A stretch of 36,410 nucleotides of DNA from Candidatus Sericytochromatia bacterium (GCA_040400605.1 JBBAPZ010000027.1:1-36410), one strand, 5' to 3'; shown: positions 26,787 through 36,270, counted from the stretch's first letter. Numbers and translations: made by a program. Notes: generated from the sequence alone by a model not told the origin.

Positions 26787-29186
26787 ATGCCCGCGTTTCC
26801 GTATCCGTTTCCGCAGCCGACCAACAACGCGTTAACGTTCGGCGACGGGATCGCCAACGATGTTTCGGTTTTGATCTACACCAAACGCCGCTGGGCCGAC
26901 GCGTGGACGCAGGAAACCGGGTTGGATTTGTTATCAGTAACGTGGAACGCAGCCCCAAACATACCCACGGCGACAATTCGCTATCGCTATGGGCGGGCAG
27001 TTATGAAGGGATCCGCGACCGAGACAACCCTAGCCAAAAAAAACCTGTTGGGCTACTACGTCAAAATAGTGGTGGTTTGCAGCGACGGAAACCGCGTGTG
27101 GCATGGTTTTGTGGACGACGCAGCCGACGAACAAACCGGGATTGTGGCTAGAACCGTACCAGGCACACCGCCGACGATTGCAAACGAGCCAACAGGGATT
27201 CAAACGTTTAGTTGTGTGGGCATGATCGCCGCGTTAGACCGGGCACCGATTCAACGAACCTATTTCAGAGTGACCGCCGCATTTAGTAACAACGGCACCG
27301 ATACCCAGCGGGTTGCGTGGGTGGCACCAGCGTACAACGTGGCAGACGATAAAGCCGAACCCGCCAAAAAATTTGGAGGGTTCAAAATACCGAAAACCAG
27401 AACGGTGGATAAGATCGCAGCCCAGGGTTTTGGTTTGACGGGGCAAACTCGGGACGTTTACCAGCATCAATTTGCCGGTTTATACGGTTTGGGTGCGGCA
27501 ATCGACACCGAGGTGTGGAAATTGGGCGACGTGCTAGAAAACTTGGTGGCGTTTAACGCCCCGCGTGTTGGCATGGTAAGCGACCGTAACCCGATTAGGG
27601 GATCTCAAACGCAATTTGTGCCGGTGTGGGTATTCGACCACGATGTTTTGAACCCACCCGACACTATCACGCAATACGCCGATTGGATCCTGCCGCGTAT
27701 CGATTGCGACGGTTTAACACTCAAGGCGGCCCTAGACCGTTTGCTATCGCCCACCAACGGCCACGGGTATTGGGTTTGGGTCGACGAATCGGTAACGCCG
27801 CACCGCGTTTACGTTGAACCGTTTACCACGTTGACCGAGGCAATTACCCGGTTGGATGAAAACAGCGTCCTGCAAACAATCCCAGCCAACACGCGTTTGG
27901 TAAACCTGTCCGCGGCTACCGATTCAGCGACAGCCATTAGCATTCAAGCCAACGGTGCACAGTATTACACCGCCGTGCAAGTGACCGGGGCCCCCATGGT
28001 TACCGTTTGCACCATCGACACAACCGACCAATTAGAACCCGCATGGCCCGCGACCCTTGAAACAGAATACAACGCCGAAATTGCGGGATTGAACCCGGCG
28101 ATTATGCGACAACTGCAGCGCATGAGAGACATTCGCGAGTTGCCTAAGTATCGCCCGATTGGTCGGCAATGGCGGGTGAAGTTTTTATACAACTGGAAAG
28201 ATTCGACACCCGCGAGCGACGTTTTCGACCACGACGAACAATTTGCAGCGACACCGTTTTACGAAACGGGCCGATACTTACCGTTTCCGGTGGGAATGCG
28301 AATTTTGCCCGATTTGCCGTTTCGTGAGGGTGTGAACTACGCCGAGGCAAACACCACAACGTTGCGAACCAATCACGAATCGGCACGGACACCATGGAGA
28401 AAAGCCGAGGTCTACGCCAAGACACACGCAGCCGACGCCACGTTAACAGGGCCGTGGATTTGTTGGAGCACGAAAGCCGTTAGGGATGTTTTGTATGATC
28501 CCAACGATCCGACCTACGGTTTGGAAGCCACAGAGCTAACCAACCAAATGGCCATTGGCGTTGTATTGGACGTAACGGGCGGGTACCAAGGGGCCCTAGA
28601 AGCTGGTGGTGGACGCGTAGCGCCGCACGTTCCAAAGATCGATCCGGCGGAACTAAAAATAACCGTTGCGATTCAAAGCGACGAACGGGTTGGTAAGATC
28701 CTTTACAACCCTTTAGCGTGGACACCCGCAGCCGGGCAAACACCCGCAGCCGTGAACGTTGACGCCGACCGAATCCGAGTAATTGAGCTTGGGCAGCGGT
28801 TGCAGAAAATCAAAGTTATGAAGGATACCATTGTTGGCACCACCGACGCGGGGCCGGTTACCGTTCCGGCGGTGTTTCAATTGCGGGACGATGGCATGTT
28901 GGCGTTGCAAATATGCAGTTTCGCGAGCCAATACTATTTCACACCCCGCCAAATTGTGCGTGTGGTAAGTCGCCGAGCCACCGCCAAATTGTGGCCCAAT
29001 CAAATGCTTGGGGTAGTAAACCCAAACACCCCCCACGCGGCAACGTGTAACGCCCAAATTAGCGAGGTTGCCATAACCATGGGTATTGGAACCAACGGCA
29101 GCTACACAGCCCCGACGTTTACGGTGCAAACGTCGTTTGGTGAGCTAGACCCATTGCAGTTTTTCCCACAACTCCAAACGGGGTAA
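26787..29186 (+). CDS. Putative tail tip/hub protein
   Basis: 799 aa; RVWHGFVD, TFSCVG pattern; position. Confidence 0.6.
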   Translation: MPAFPYPFPQPTNNALTFGDGIANDVSVLIYTKRRWADAWTQETGLDLLSVTWNAAPNIPTATIRYRYGRAVMKGSATETTLAKKNLLGYYVKIVVVCSDGNRVWHGFVDDAADEQTGIVARTVPGTPPTIANEPTGIQTFSCVGMIAALDRAPIQRTYFRVTAAFSNNGTDTQRVAWVAPAYNVADDKAEPAKKFGGFKIPKTRTVDKIAAQGFGLTGQTRDVYQHQFAGLYGLGAAIDTEVWKLGDVLENLVAFNAPRVGMVSDRNPIRGSQTQFVPVWVFDHDVLNPPDTITQYADWILPRIDCDGLTLKAALDRLLSPTNGHGYWVWVDESVTPHRVYVEPFTTLTEAITRLDENSVLQTIPANTRLVNLSAATDSATAISIQANGAQYYTAVQVTGAPMVTVCTIDTTDQLEPAWPATLETEYNAEIAGLNPAIMRQLQRMRDIRELPKYRPIGRQWRVKFLYNWKDSTPASDVFDHDEQFAATPFYETGRYLPFPVGMRILPDLPFREGVNYAEANTTTLRTNHESARTPWRKAEVYAKTHAADATLTGPWICWSTKAVRDVLYDPNDPTYGLEATELTNQMAIGVVLDVTGGYQGALEAGGGRVAPHVPKIDPAELKITVAIQSDERVGKILYNPLAWTPAAGQTPAAVNVDADRIRVIELGQRLQKIKVMKDTIVGTTDAGPVTVPAVFQLRDDGMLALQICSFASQYYFTPRQIVRVVSRRATAKLWPNQMLGVVNPNTPHAATCNAQISEVAITMGIGTNGSYTAPTFTVQTSFGELDPLQFFPQLQTG

Positions 29187-29189
29187 CAC

Positions 29190-30155
29190 ATGCACGGTTT
29201 ACCCTTGGCATGGGCAAAATTTGAACGCCGCCGAATCGACAATTTCACGTGGAAAATGGCCGTATCGGGCCAAAACGAAATTGTTCGAGGTACGTTCGCC
29301 GAACGCAATAGTCCAGACAGAACAGGGCAAGATGTAAACACAAGCCAAATTCAGTTTGCCGAACCAGGTTGGTATTTGGTAGTGGTACAGGCCGGAACCG
29401 GGAACGCAACAACCGAGATAGCGCTAACCAGCGGATCGGTTCAAACGTGGGTAATTAACCCAATGGGGCGTTGGCGTGCAGCCACAATAGTGCAACCTAT
29501 AAACGTGGCCGCAGCGGCCAACGGCCAAGCCGACCCAGTTGTGCAAGTGTTAAACCGAGTTTGGCAGCCATACCAACGCGTTAGCATCGCGTGGTTAACT
29601 CAGACCACAGCGGCCAACCAAAGCGTGCAATGGCAGACGACCAGCGGCGAACTATCCGGATTTAACAGCCTAGCCGTTTACGTGTGGCGGTTTTTCAACT
29701 ACGCGGGGGGAGTGGAGAAAATTCAAGAACCCGACCGGTTGTTTGATCCACCACAGGCCGAGGGAAACGTGACGATTACAGCCTTGAAAACCACCGCAAA
29801 TCGGTGGTACAGTCCAGTCTACAAACTCTATCGCAGCGTAACGGCGACAGCAAACAACTCATTTAACAAGGTGGTTTGGTTGCCCGAGTGTTTGGCCGAT
29901 TACACCCATACGTTGCGAGTGGCGATTTTGGCGACCCCAGGCAGCGGGGCTACAGGATCGCCCGTTGTTTCGATCTACTCGGCGGCCAATGCGTTGATCG
30001 GATCGCAGGCGCTAACCTACAACGCCACCGAGGCGGTTTACACAATCAACGTAGGCCGCCGTGCAGCCGGGCAGCAAATAGCCCGCGTGGAAATCGCACA
30101 AATTAACGCTACCGACGCGTTTGAAGTGGAGGCCCAATTGAATGTTACCGACTAG
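29190..30155 (+). CDS. Putative tail protein
   Basis: Beta-rich ORF in the tail tip cluster. Confidence 0.55.
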   Translation: MHGLPLAWAKFERRRIDNFTWKMAVSGQNEIVRGTFAERNSPDRTGQDVNTSQIQFAEPGWYLVVVQAGTGNATTEIALTSGSVQTWVINPMGRWRAATIVQPINVAAAANGQADPVVQVLNRVWQPYQRVSIAWLTQTTAANQSVQWQTTSGELSGFNSLAVYVWRFFNYAGGVEKIQEPDRLFDPPQAEGNVTITALKTTANRWYSPVYKLYRSVTATANNSFNKVVWLPECLADYTHTLRVAILATPGSGATGSPVVSIYSAANALIGSQALTYNATEAVYTINVGRRAAGQQIARVEIAQINATDAFEVEAQLNVTD

Positions 30156-30702
30156 ATCAACGGAACAATACGCCGGGCAAGGGTGGGTTTTGTTCGATTG
30201 GGAATACTCGGCCACTCGGCCACAATTGACGTTTCGGGCGGGCAATATGGAGGCAACGCGGTTGCAGTTTGACGCATACCGGCGATTTGTGCACATGCCA
30301 CAATGGGCCGCCCAAGTTCAATTTTGGTGTTGGAGCACAAACGATTTCCGTCTGCTTGAATACCGAAGGGCAAACGGTGTAACACCCACGTTAAGCCAAA
30401 CCAATTGGCCACAGGTGTTTCCCGAGGTTTTGCCGTTGTTTTCGGGTGTGGCCGTGCGTGAGTACCGGTTTCCAGCCGGTGTTATTTGGGGCCAAGGTTG
30501 GTACCGCAACAACTACACAACCACCAACGAACAAATGACTATTGCCAATCGCTATTTTGGCGTGTTCGACGTAAAAACCGACGGGGCGTTCGACCCATAC
30601 GGCGTTAGGGTCGAGTTTGAACAACCAGGCACGAAATCGGTAATCCGTGTGTTAGCACTCGGGCACCACAACCACGTTTGGCAAACCGGGGGTATCGCAT
30701 GA
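30142..30702 (+). CDS. Putative tail protein
   Basis: Aromatic-rich ORF overlapping its neighbours. Confidence 0.55.
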   Translation: MLPTRSTEQYAGQGWVLFDWEYSATRPQLTFRAGNMEATRLQFDAYRRFVHMPQWAAQVQFWCWSTNDFRLLEYRRANGVTPTLSQTNWPQVFPEVLPLFSGVAVREYRFPAGVIWGQGWYRNNYTTTNEQMTIANRYFGVFDVKTDGAFDPYGVRVEFEQPGTKSVIRVLALGHHNHVWQTGGIA

Positions 30703-31499
30703 TAGGCAACGCCAACGTGTTTCGGTTTGTGCGTAGTACAAATTTTGGATTGTCTAGCGTTTTGAGTTTGAAACCTTTTGGAGATTTGCCCGGGTTGTAT
30801 TGGGGATCCGTGCGGCCATTGTTGACTATCCAAGCTAACTATGACAAACCCATGGGCCAGGGCCCAATCGCGTGGTCGGCACTGGTAACGGTGGAGGTTG
30901 CAGGCGTGGAGGTGGTTCGACACCGGCACGTGCAACGCAATTGGTGGCGCCCGAGGCAGTTGTACCAAAACTCAGATTTCCAAAACGGGCAACAGGTAAA
31001 TTTTCGCTGGGAACCGTGGCAATGGGAGGATGGGAACGCAAACCCTACGGGGGTTTTGATTGGAAACTATACCGGGTTTTCCAACGGGGCACCGAAACGG
31101 TCGTATATGCACGCGTTTTTTCAACCAGCCAATGAGGGGCCCGCAGCCGCACCGCTAGCGTTTACGCCCGGCACTAATCCAAACAACCCGAATGTATTAC
31201 AGCCGGACACACCGTACTGGATTAACCCCGAACCAATATGGTTTACGGCCACCGTGTTGCCCGGGCAATCGTTCGATTTGCGGGTGCGGTGGTTTCGTGA
31301 GGTGCCGAACGCAAATTTGAACCCGCCAATTTCCGACACAGGCCCAGGCAATAGTGACGCCGAGCCGGACGAAATCGAAGTGACGAACCCAAACATAAAC
31401 GGCCATTGTGAGGGGTGGGTAATTCGCACCGGGCCACCGCTGGAAACGTTGGTGGATATTGCACAAATCGGCGTGGACACCGGCGTTGGCCTCGAATAA
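30699..31499 (+). CDS. Putative tail protein, last gene of the late operon
   Basis: ATGA overlap at 30699. Confidence 0.55.
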   Translation: MIGNANVFRFVRSTNFGLSSVLSLKPFGDLPGLYWGSVRPLLTIQANYDKPMGQGPIAWSALVTVEVAGVEVVRHRHVQRNWWRPRQLYQNSDFQNGQQVNFRWEPWQWEDGNANPTGVLIGNYTGFSNGAPKRSYMHAFFQPANEGPAAAPLAFTPGTNPNNPNVLQPDTPYWINPEPIWFTATVLPGQSFDLRVRWFREVPNANLNPPISDTGPGNSDAEPDEIEVTNPNINGHCEGWVIRTGPPLETLVDIAQIGVDTGVGLE

Positions 31500-31566
31500 C
31501 CCTAGGTGTTTGACACAAAACCCCTAGGTTTCAGGGCGATTTAGGGGGCGTATTGCCCCGTTTCTA

Positions 31567-31746
31567 AGGTTCTCCCCCGGGGGGTGGGGGCGTTCGCCGC
31601 GGAGCGGAACTATCGGCGTGTTTTTTTGCGCACGCCATGCCGTTTGTTGGTGGGTAAGTAACCGCCGACGCTACCGGGGGATCGATCGAGCTCAAAACCG
31701 ATCGGCGGATCGATCGCAAGTTGGAGTACTCGGGGCGGATCGATCG
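31567..31746. other. Candidate packaging site (cosQ/cosN/cosB-like) with GATC-rich repeats
   Basis: AGGTTCT, then a GC-rich partial dyad, then GGATCGATCG at 31679, 31707, 31737. Confidence 0.45.
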
Positions 31747-31755
31747 ACGGCGGGC

Positions 31756-32001
31756 CTAGAGATTGGAATCCTCGATGGGTCTTACTTGGCAAAACTGAAA
31801 GGCCCAGTCGTCTAAACCAATCAATTCGTCGTAGTTTTCTGGAATCCAACAGGCGGAACACGTCCACGTTGATTTCATCCACCCAGCTAGTTTTCCATAG
31901 ATCCAATCAACGCCATTGTCGCTAAACCGAGCCGCAATTGGCCCCTCGTTATGAACGCGGTTTAGTGTTTCTATCGTTGCGTTTTCCCATTTGTCAGACA
32001 T
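31756..32001 (-). CDS. Hypothetical protein (MSDKWENAT...)
   Basis: ORF downstream of the repeat; ARFSD...W..G.L.G pattern. Confidence 0.6.
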   Translation of the reverse strand: MSDKWENATIETLNRVHNEGPIAARFSDNGVDWIYGKLAGWMKSTWTCSACWIPENYDELIGLDDWAFQFCQVRPIEDSNL

Positions 32002-32023
32002 AGCACCCACCCCAAAAAAACGA

Positions 32024-32062
32024 AAAAGTGAAATTGCTACACGGTTTGTAGCATTGCTACAC
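32024..32062. repeat. 39-bp direct repeat, copy 1
   Basis: AAAAGTGAAATTGCTACACGGTTTGTAGCATTGCTACAC. Confidence 0.95.
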
Positions 32063-32090
32063 GAGGCCGTCATGGAGGCGGTCAGCAAGC

Positions 32091-32327
32091 CTACTGGGAA
32101 ATTGAGCCTAGCCGAGTTGCGGGCGATGAAGCGACGCCCGAACTAGCTTGGGATTTAAACCCTTTTGTTTTTCTGACCGCCTCCTCAACAGTCTCGGCCT
32201 TGTTTTCCACCGTCGCAAGATAGTCGGCGACATCCGGCGCGAGACGCAGAGTTATGTTTCGTTTTGGAGGCCGTCCAGTCACAGGCCGACCTCGCGGACG
32301 CTTGGGTGGTTCGGATTGCTTAGGCAC
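32091..32327 (-). CDS. Ribbon-helix-helix protein (BrnA antitoxin C-terminal-like)
   Basis: RPRGRP...KRNITLRLAPDVADYL; GTG start after GAGG. Confidence 0.6.
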   Translation of the reverse strand: MPKQSEPPKRPRGRPVTGRPPKRNITLRLAPDVADYLATVENKAETVEEAVRKTKGFKSQASSGVASSPATRLGSISQ

Positions 32328-32556
32328 TTTCGGCCTCTTCGTTAGTGCTGAAGCTGCAATTTTCAATGTGCGCGTACACTGACTGCGGATCCCAGCCAGC
32401 GCCGAGCTGCTCGCATGCTCGATTGACCACGCCTGGTGTCACAACGGGCGACTCCATGGCCACCATGGCGTCAGCGACAGCCTGCGCTACGTCAAAGTGT
32501 TCTTGGGTCGCCGATCCCATAAACTCCCAAGTAATGGAAAAATCATTTGTTGTCAT
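32320..32556 (-). CDS. Small acidic hypothetical protein
   Basis: GGAG RBS, MTTNDFSITWEF... Confidence 0.65.
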   Translation of the reverse strand: MTTNDFSITWEFMGSATQEHFDVAQAVADAMVAMESPVVTPGVVNRACEQLGAGWDPQSVYAHIENCSFSTNEEAESA

Positions 32557-32596
32557 CGCTGTTCTCCGTTGAATGTATGAAAGACTAAAAAGCAAA

Positions 32597-32962
32597 TTAG
32601 CGAGAGGCAGCAACCATTGCAGACCAATCTCCAAGAAACTTTTGACCAATCGACTCAGCCAGTTGTTTAGCCTGAGCAGTGACCTCACCGGTCAAGCGAA
32701 AGCTTGCGAAACCGTTGTCGTTGAAGAAAAACAGCTTGCAGGCACGGCCAAGGGTCCTGTCGTTTACGTAGACGCGGACTTCTCCAGTCGCAGGGTGCGA
32801 CCACTTGGCAAGCGTGGTTTCTTCGGATGCTGGCTTCGCTGCTAGACGCTTTGCGACTGCTTTGCGAGTTGCTTCGCACTCGATGTTTTCGAGCTTGGTC
32901 ACTCCCTTTGCAACATTCTCAGCAACCGTTTCCACAACCCAGGTCTTTACTTTGCTTGCCAT
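32597..32962 (-). CDS. Hypothetical protein (MASKVKTWV...)
   Basis: GGAAGG RBS, first gene after the promoter. Confidence 0.7.
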   Translation of the reverse strand: MASKVKTWVVETVAENVAKGVTKLENIECEATRKAVAKRLAAKPASEETTLAKWSHPATGEVRVYVNDRTLGRACKLFFFNDNGFASFRLTGEVTAQAKQLAESIGQKFLGDWSAMVAASR

Positions 32963-33020
32963 GATCGATGCCCTTCCGACTGTCTCGCCCGCGTCGCACT
33001 GTGCGTCGCTTGTACAGGTG

Positions 33021-33048
33021 AGTATATCGGCCACCCTATTTATTGCAA
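33021..33048 (-). promoter_or_regulatory. Sigma70-type promoter
   Basis: TTGCAA-16 bp-TATACT on the minus strand with an AT-rich upstream region. Confidence 0.65.
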
Positions 33049-33128
33049 TGCACAAATTAAAAAAAGAACCGGAATTTTTGCAATGCAGTTTTTACCGCTT
33101 GCCGCCGAGTCGACGCACAAAAAACCGG

Positions 33129-33167
33129 AAAAGTGAAATTGCGACACGGTTTGTAGCATTGCTACAC
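33129..33167. repeat. 39-bp direct repeat, copy 2 (1 mismatch)
   Basis: AAAAGTGAAATTGCGACACGGTTTGTAGCATTGCTACAC. Confidence 0.95.
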
Positions 33168-33179
33168 AAGTTGTAGCGC

Positions 33180-33473
33180 CTACCTATGGCGTTTTTGCCC
33201 CAAGGTTGTGCGGTAGTTCAAACCCTCAAAAAAAACCATCCCAAGTTTTTCGATTGCGGTTTGCACTCGGTAAAATCCATTAGACTCGGTGTAGATCCAA
33301 GGGCCGCCGAGTCGACGCACGAAAAACAACGCAGGGCCATTGGTTTTTTGCCCGCTGGTTTGGTTCGGATCGCCGTATGGCGTGCACAGAATTTCCAAGT
33401 CGGTTTCATCCCACAATCCATGTAAATCGGTAACGTCCCTACCGCAACTGTCAACGCGTTTTATCGTTCGCAT
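33180..33473 (-). CDS. Hypothetical protein (MRTIKRVDS...)
   Basis: GAGGG RBS before ATG 33473. Confidence 0.55.
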   Translation of the reverse strand: MRTIKRVDSCGRDVTDLHGLWDETDLEILCTPYGDPNQTSGQKTNGPALFFVRRLGGPWIYTESNGFYRVQTAIEKLGMVFFEGLNYRTTLGQKRHR

Positions 33474-33495
33474 AAATCCCTCGATCAATCTTGAA

Positions 33496-33700
33496 CCCGT
33501 GCGCCGCCCCGTATAGGGTAGCGCGAACCGTGGAAAACCTTTGGTTTGTTCGACCCCTTGCGGGGGCATTTGCCAACAATTTTAAACGCGGCCAATTACA
33601 CGTTGGCCGCGTTTTTTCATGGAATCGCACCACCACAGACCACAGCAAACAACACTCGGCCCCGTGCGCAACCCCGTGCGCTAAGGTTCGACCCGTGCGC
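33496..33700. other. attP: tRNA 3'-end core (33548-33568) with arm-type repeats
   Basis: GTTCGACCCCTTGCGGGGGCA core; CCCGTGCGC at 33496, 33661, 33673, 33692; abuts the integrase 3' end. Confidence 0.75.
33584..33617 (+). terminator. Rho-independent terminator next to the att core
   Basis: AAACGCGGCCAA-TTACACG-TTGGCCGCGTTT plus T run. Confidence 0.8.
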
Positions 33701-34826
33701 GCGATTCATCGGGCGTTTTCGGTGGGTCGCCGACCACAACACCGCAAGCCGTCGCCCAGTGTTCAGGCGTTACACGTAGGTAATGATCCTTGGCCACCCG
33801 TGTGCTATGACCAATCCAACAATCGCACACGTGAGCCGGGAAACGTTCCTCCAAATCCGTTCGAGCCGACGCGCGTAGGTTGTGCCACAGTTTTGGCCAC
33901 GGATCCAGGCCCGCCGTGCGGCAAGCGGTTAGGAGCCACGTTCGCCATTGTGTGGCAGCCGACGCGCGGCAGCGGTTGAACACCCAGGGCGTTTCCGGTG
34001 CCGAGTCGAAAAGCGCCGCAAGTTCCGCTCGAGCCGGTTCAAACAGCGGAACAACACGAAAACCGGTTTTGGTACCGCCCGGTATTTGCAACCGGTTGCC
34101 GTGCAAATCGACATTGGCCCAGGTAAGCGCCAACGGTTCGTGCGGCACGCGAAGCCCACACCACCGGGCGAGTGCAAACAACGCGCGACCCTCAAGCGTG
34201 GCGAATCCATCCAACACCAATTTGGCCGTTTCGTTGCTAACGTAGGTTTGCCGTGTTTTATCTACCCCACGCGGGAAAAGTATTTTAGAAAACGGGTTGT
34301 GGGCCACGATTTTGGCCGCAATTGCAGCGTTAAACACTTGGGAGCAACGCGCAACCATTTTGCCCGCATGGCTATTGGAAACCGCTAACCGAAGATCCGA
34401 GGCGAACAACTGGGCATCATAGGCGGTGATTTCTGCTAGGGTTTGAGTGGGCCACCGCTGGGCAACGTGCAAACGGGCCGTTTGCCAACCTTTGCGGGTC
34501 GATTTTGAGAAATCGCGGCGTGCGGTAACGTATTGATCCCAAAACGCTAGAAAACTCGGGACGGCGGCACTATTCCACGTAGACAATAAACCAACCGATT
34601 TAAGAGACTCCAAAAACTTGGGATTGCACGCAGCAAGCCACGCGGCCAACTCAGGTGTTGGTGGTTCTCCAACTCGGGCAAGTCGCCCAAGTTGTTCCAC
34701 CCGCAGCCGCACCGAGGCCGCAGCGCTCGAGGGGATCCGGCCAAGGTAGATTTTTTTGGACGGCCCAACGGGCATGGCAATCTCTAGGTACCAACCCCCG
34801 CGAGCGTGTTTCCAAACGCTAGCCAT
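33681..34826 (-). CDS. int: Tyrosine integrase
   Basis: GLR, TKTG, HNLR, IGHS, HY catalytic set. Confidence 0.93.
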   Translation of the reverse strand: MASVWKHARGGWYLEIAMPVGPSKKIYLGRIPSSAAASVRLRVEQLGRLARVGEPPTPELAAWLAACNPKFLESLKSVGLLSTWNSAAVPSFLAFWDQYVTARRDFSKSTRKGWQTARLHVAQRWPTQTLAEITAYDAQLFASDLRLAVSNSHAGKMVARCSQVFNAAIAAKIVAHNPFSKILFPRGVDKTRQTYVSNETAKLVLDGFATLEGRALFALARWCGLRVPHEPLALTWANVDLHGNRLQIPGGTKTGFRVVPLFEPARAELAALFDSAPETPWVFNRCRASAATQWRTWLLTACRTAGLDPWPKLWHNLRASARTDLEERFPAHVCDCWIGHSTRVAKDHYLRVTPEHWATACGVVVGDPPKTPDESRARVEP

Positions 34827-35064
34827 TTAACCACCGTTCCAATTCTCGGTGGGTAACCAATAGCGTGCGCCCAACGCGTTTGGTGCGTAATTTACCGGTA
34901 TTCGCTTGGGTTTCGATAACCCGTTTAGAAACGCCGCACATATTCGCGATTTCGGCCAGAGAATAGGCCACGCGGGGCGGTGGTGGTTGTATGCGGTTTT
35001 CGGTATCGATCCGGCGTTGCACAATCTCAGCAACGAGCCCAGGTTTTGGGTTTTCGGTTTCCAT
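34819..35064 (-). CDS. Excisionase-like HTH protein
   Basis: YSLAEIANMCGVSKRVI...GKLRTKRVGRTLLV; overlaps the integrase start. Confidence 0.8.
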   Translation of the reverse strand: METENPKPGLVAEIVQRRIDTENRIQPPPPRVAYSLAEIANMCGVSKRVIETQANTGKLRTKRVGRTLLVTHRELERWLNG

Positions 35065-35113
35065 CGGTGCCCCAAAGAGTCGGGGCCGTGTTGCAAGCAC
35101 ACGCACATTATGA

Positions 35114-35284
35114 TTACCCGTTGAACCGAATCAAGTATTTGAGCGCCGCTAAAGCCATTAAACCCACCGAGTAAGCGACCCAAGCGTTTGGGATCGCCGC
35201 GACCGAGGCCGAAAAAACAAAACCGACCGAATACAGCACGGCCAACAGGATCCAAAGCCAATCAGTTTTTGCCGGGTTTTCCAT
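35114..35284 (-). CDS. Small two-TM membrane protein
   Basis: Two hydrophobic helices. Confidence 0.6.
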   Translation of the reverse strand: MENPAKTDWLWILLAVLYSVGFVFSASVAAIPNAWVAYSVGLMALAALKYLIRFNG

Positions 35285-35588
35285 TGGGTTTACCGTTATC
35301 CTTTTTGCGCCATGGAGATTGGGGTTTGAGTTGGCCGGGTTCGAGGGGCGTTCCCACGCGATAGAGCCAAACAGCCTTTTGCATTGCACCAACCGACGAT
35401 TTTAGATTCGTTAGCGCCCGTTCGAGTGTTAGGCGATTGTGGGCCACCAACGTTTTCGTTGGCGTTTTGTCAGCAATTACCCGGCATTCCTCAAACAATT
35501 CCGCCGCGTTTGTCAGTTGCCGAACTACGGCGGCCAATTCGTCGACCGAAAATTCGTAAGCTCGATCCGCTGGTTTTTTCTTAGCCAT
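35262..35588 (-). CDS. Hypothetical protein, first gene of the leftward operon
   Basis: AGGA RBS; MAKKKPADRAYEF... Confidence 0.65.
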   Translation of the reverse strand: MAKKKPADRAYEFSVDELAAVVRQLTNAAELFEECRVIADKTPTKTLVAHNRLTLERALTNLKSSVGAMQKAVWLYRVGTPLEPGQLKPQSPWRKKDNGKPNGKPGKN

Positions 35589-35755
35589 AAAGTTTTTCCT
35601 TCGAAAAAATTCTAACCGGCTTTTGGAATTTTGCAAGTTTTTTGCGGTTCGTAACTATTTGGGAAATAACACGTTAGAAAACGTTCACGCTGAATTGGTA
35701 TTACAATCCCAATAGTTTTTGTAGTGTTTTTACAAAAACAAGTTAGACTAGCCGC

Positions 35756-35977
35756 ATGGGACAAAAGCGCAAAACAAAACCAGCATTGGCTAGAGGGTTA
35801 ACCGCAGCGGATTACCACCGTTTACGCCGTCGAATTGAGGACGGCGAATATACGTGGGAAACGGCGGAAAAACTCGGGTTGTGCTTGCCGCGCCGACAAA
35901 GCAAAAAACCGTTGGGCCGACCGATTTTGAAAACAGGCCGTGTTGCAAGCACGCCTAAAACGGGGGGCCAAACGTGA
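35756..35977 (+). CDS. Small basic protein, first gene of the rightward operon
   Basis: ARGLTAADY...GEYTWETAEKLGLCLP. Confidence 0.65.
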   Translation: MGQKRKTKPALARGLTAADYHRLRRRIEDGEYTWETAEKLGLCLPRRQSKKPLGRPILKTGRVASTPKTGGQT

Positions 35978-36270
35978 GCGTTCACAGCCAAGAAAACCGC
36001 AACGAAGTGTTTTACAGTTTGGCCGAGTTGCCACAGGTGAAACGCAGGATTTGCGAACTATTGGAAAACAAACTCAACGGATTAACGCGGCACGAAATCG
36101 CCGCCGAGTTGGGTTTGCCACTCAGTTCTGTTTGTGGACGCGTGGCGGAATTGGAGAGCGACGGGTGGGTGTATTCGACCGAGGAAACAAGGGAGACACC
36201 CTACGGCAAACCGGCCACCGTCGTTTGTTTTGCGAAACGCACCAAGTTGGTTCAGGGTGAGTTGTTTTAG
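35974..36270 (+). CDS. Winged-helix DNA-binding protein
   Basis: GLTRHEIAAELGLPLSSVCGRVAELESDGWV...R.TPYGKPA. Confidence 0.8.
   Translation: MSVHSQENRNEVFYSLAELPQVKRRICELLENKLNGLTRHEIAAELGLPLSSVCGRVAELESDGWVYSTEETRETPYGKPATVVCFAKRTKLVQGELF

Noticed and set aside
32091..32556. Complete BrnTA toxin-antitoxin module
   Set aside because: The upstream ORF shows no BrnT features
32024..33167. CRISPR mini-array
   Set aside because: Only two repeats 1.1 kb apart with genes between them; no cas genes
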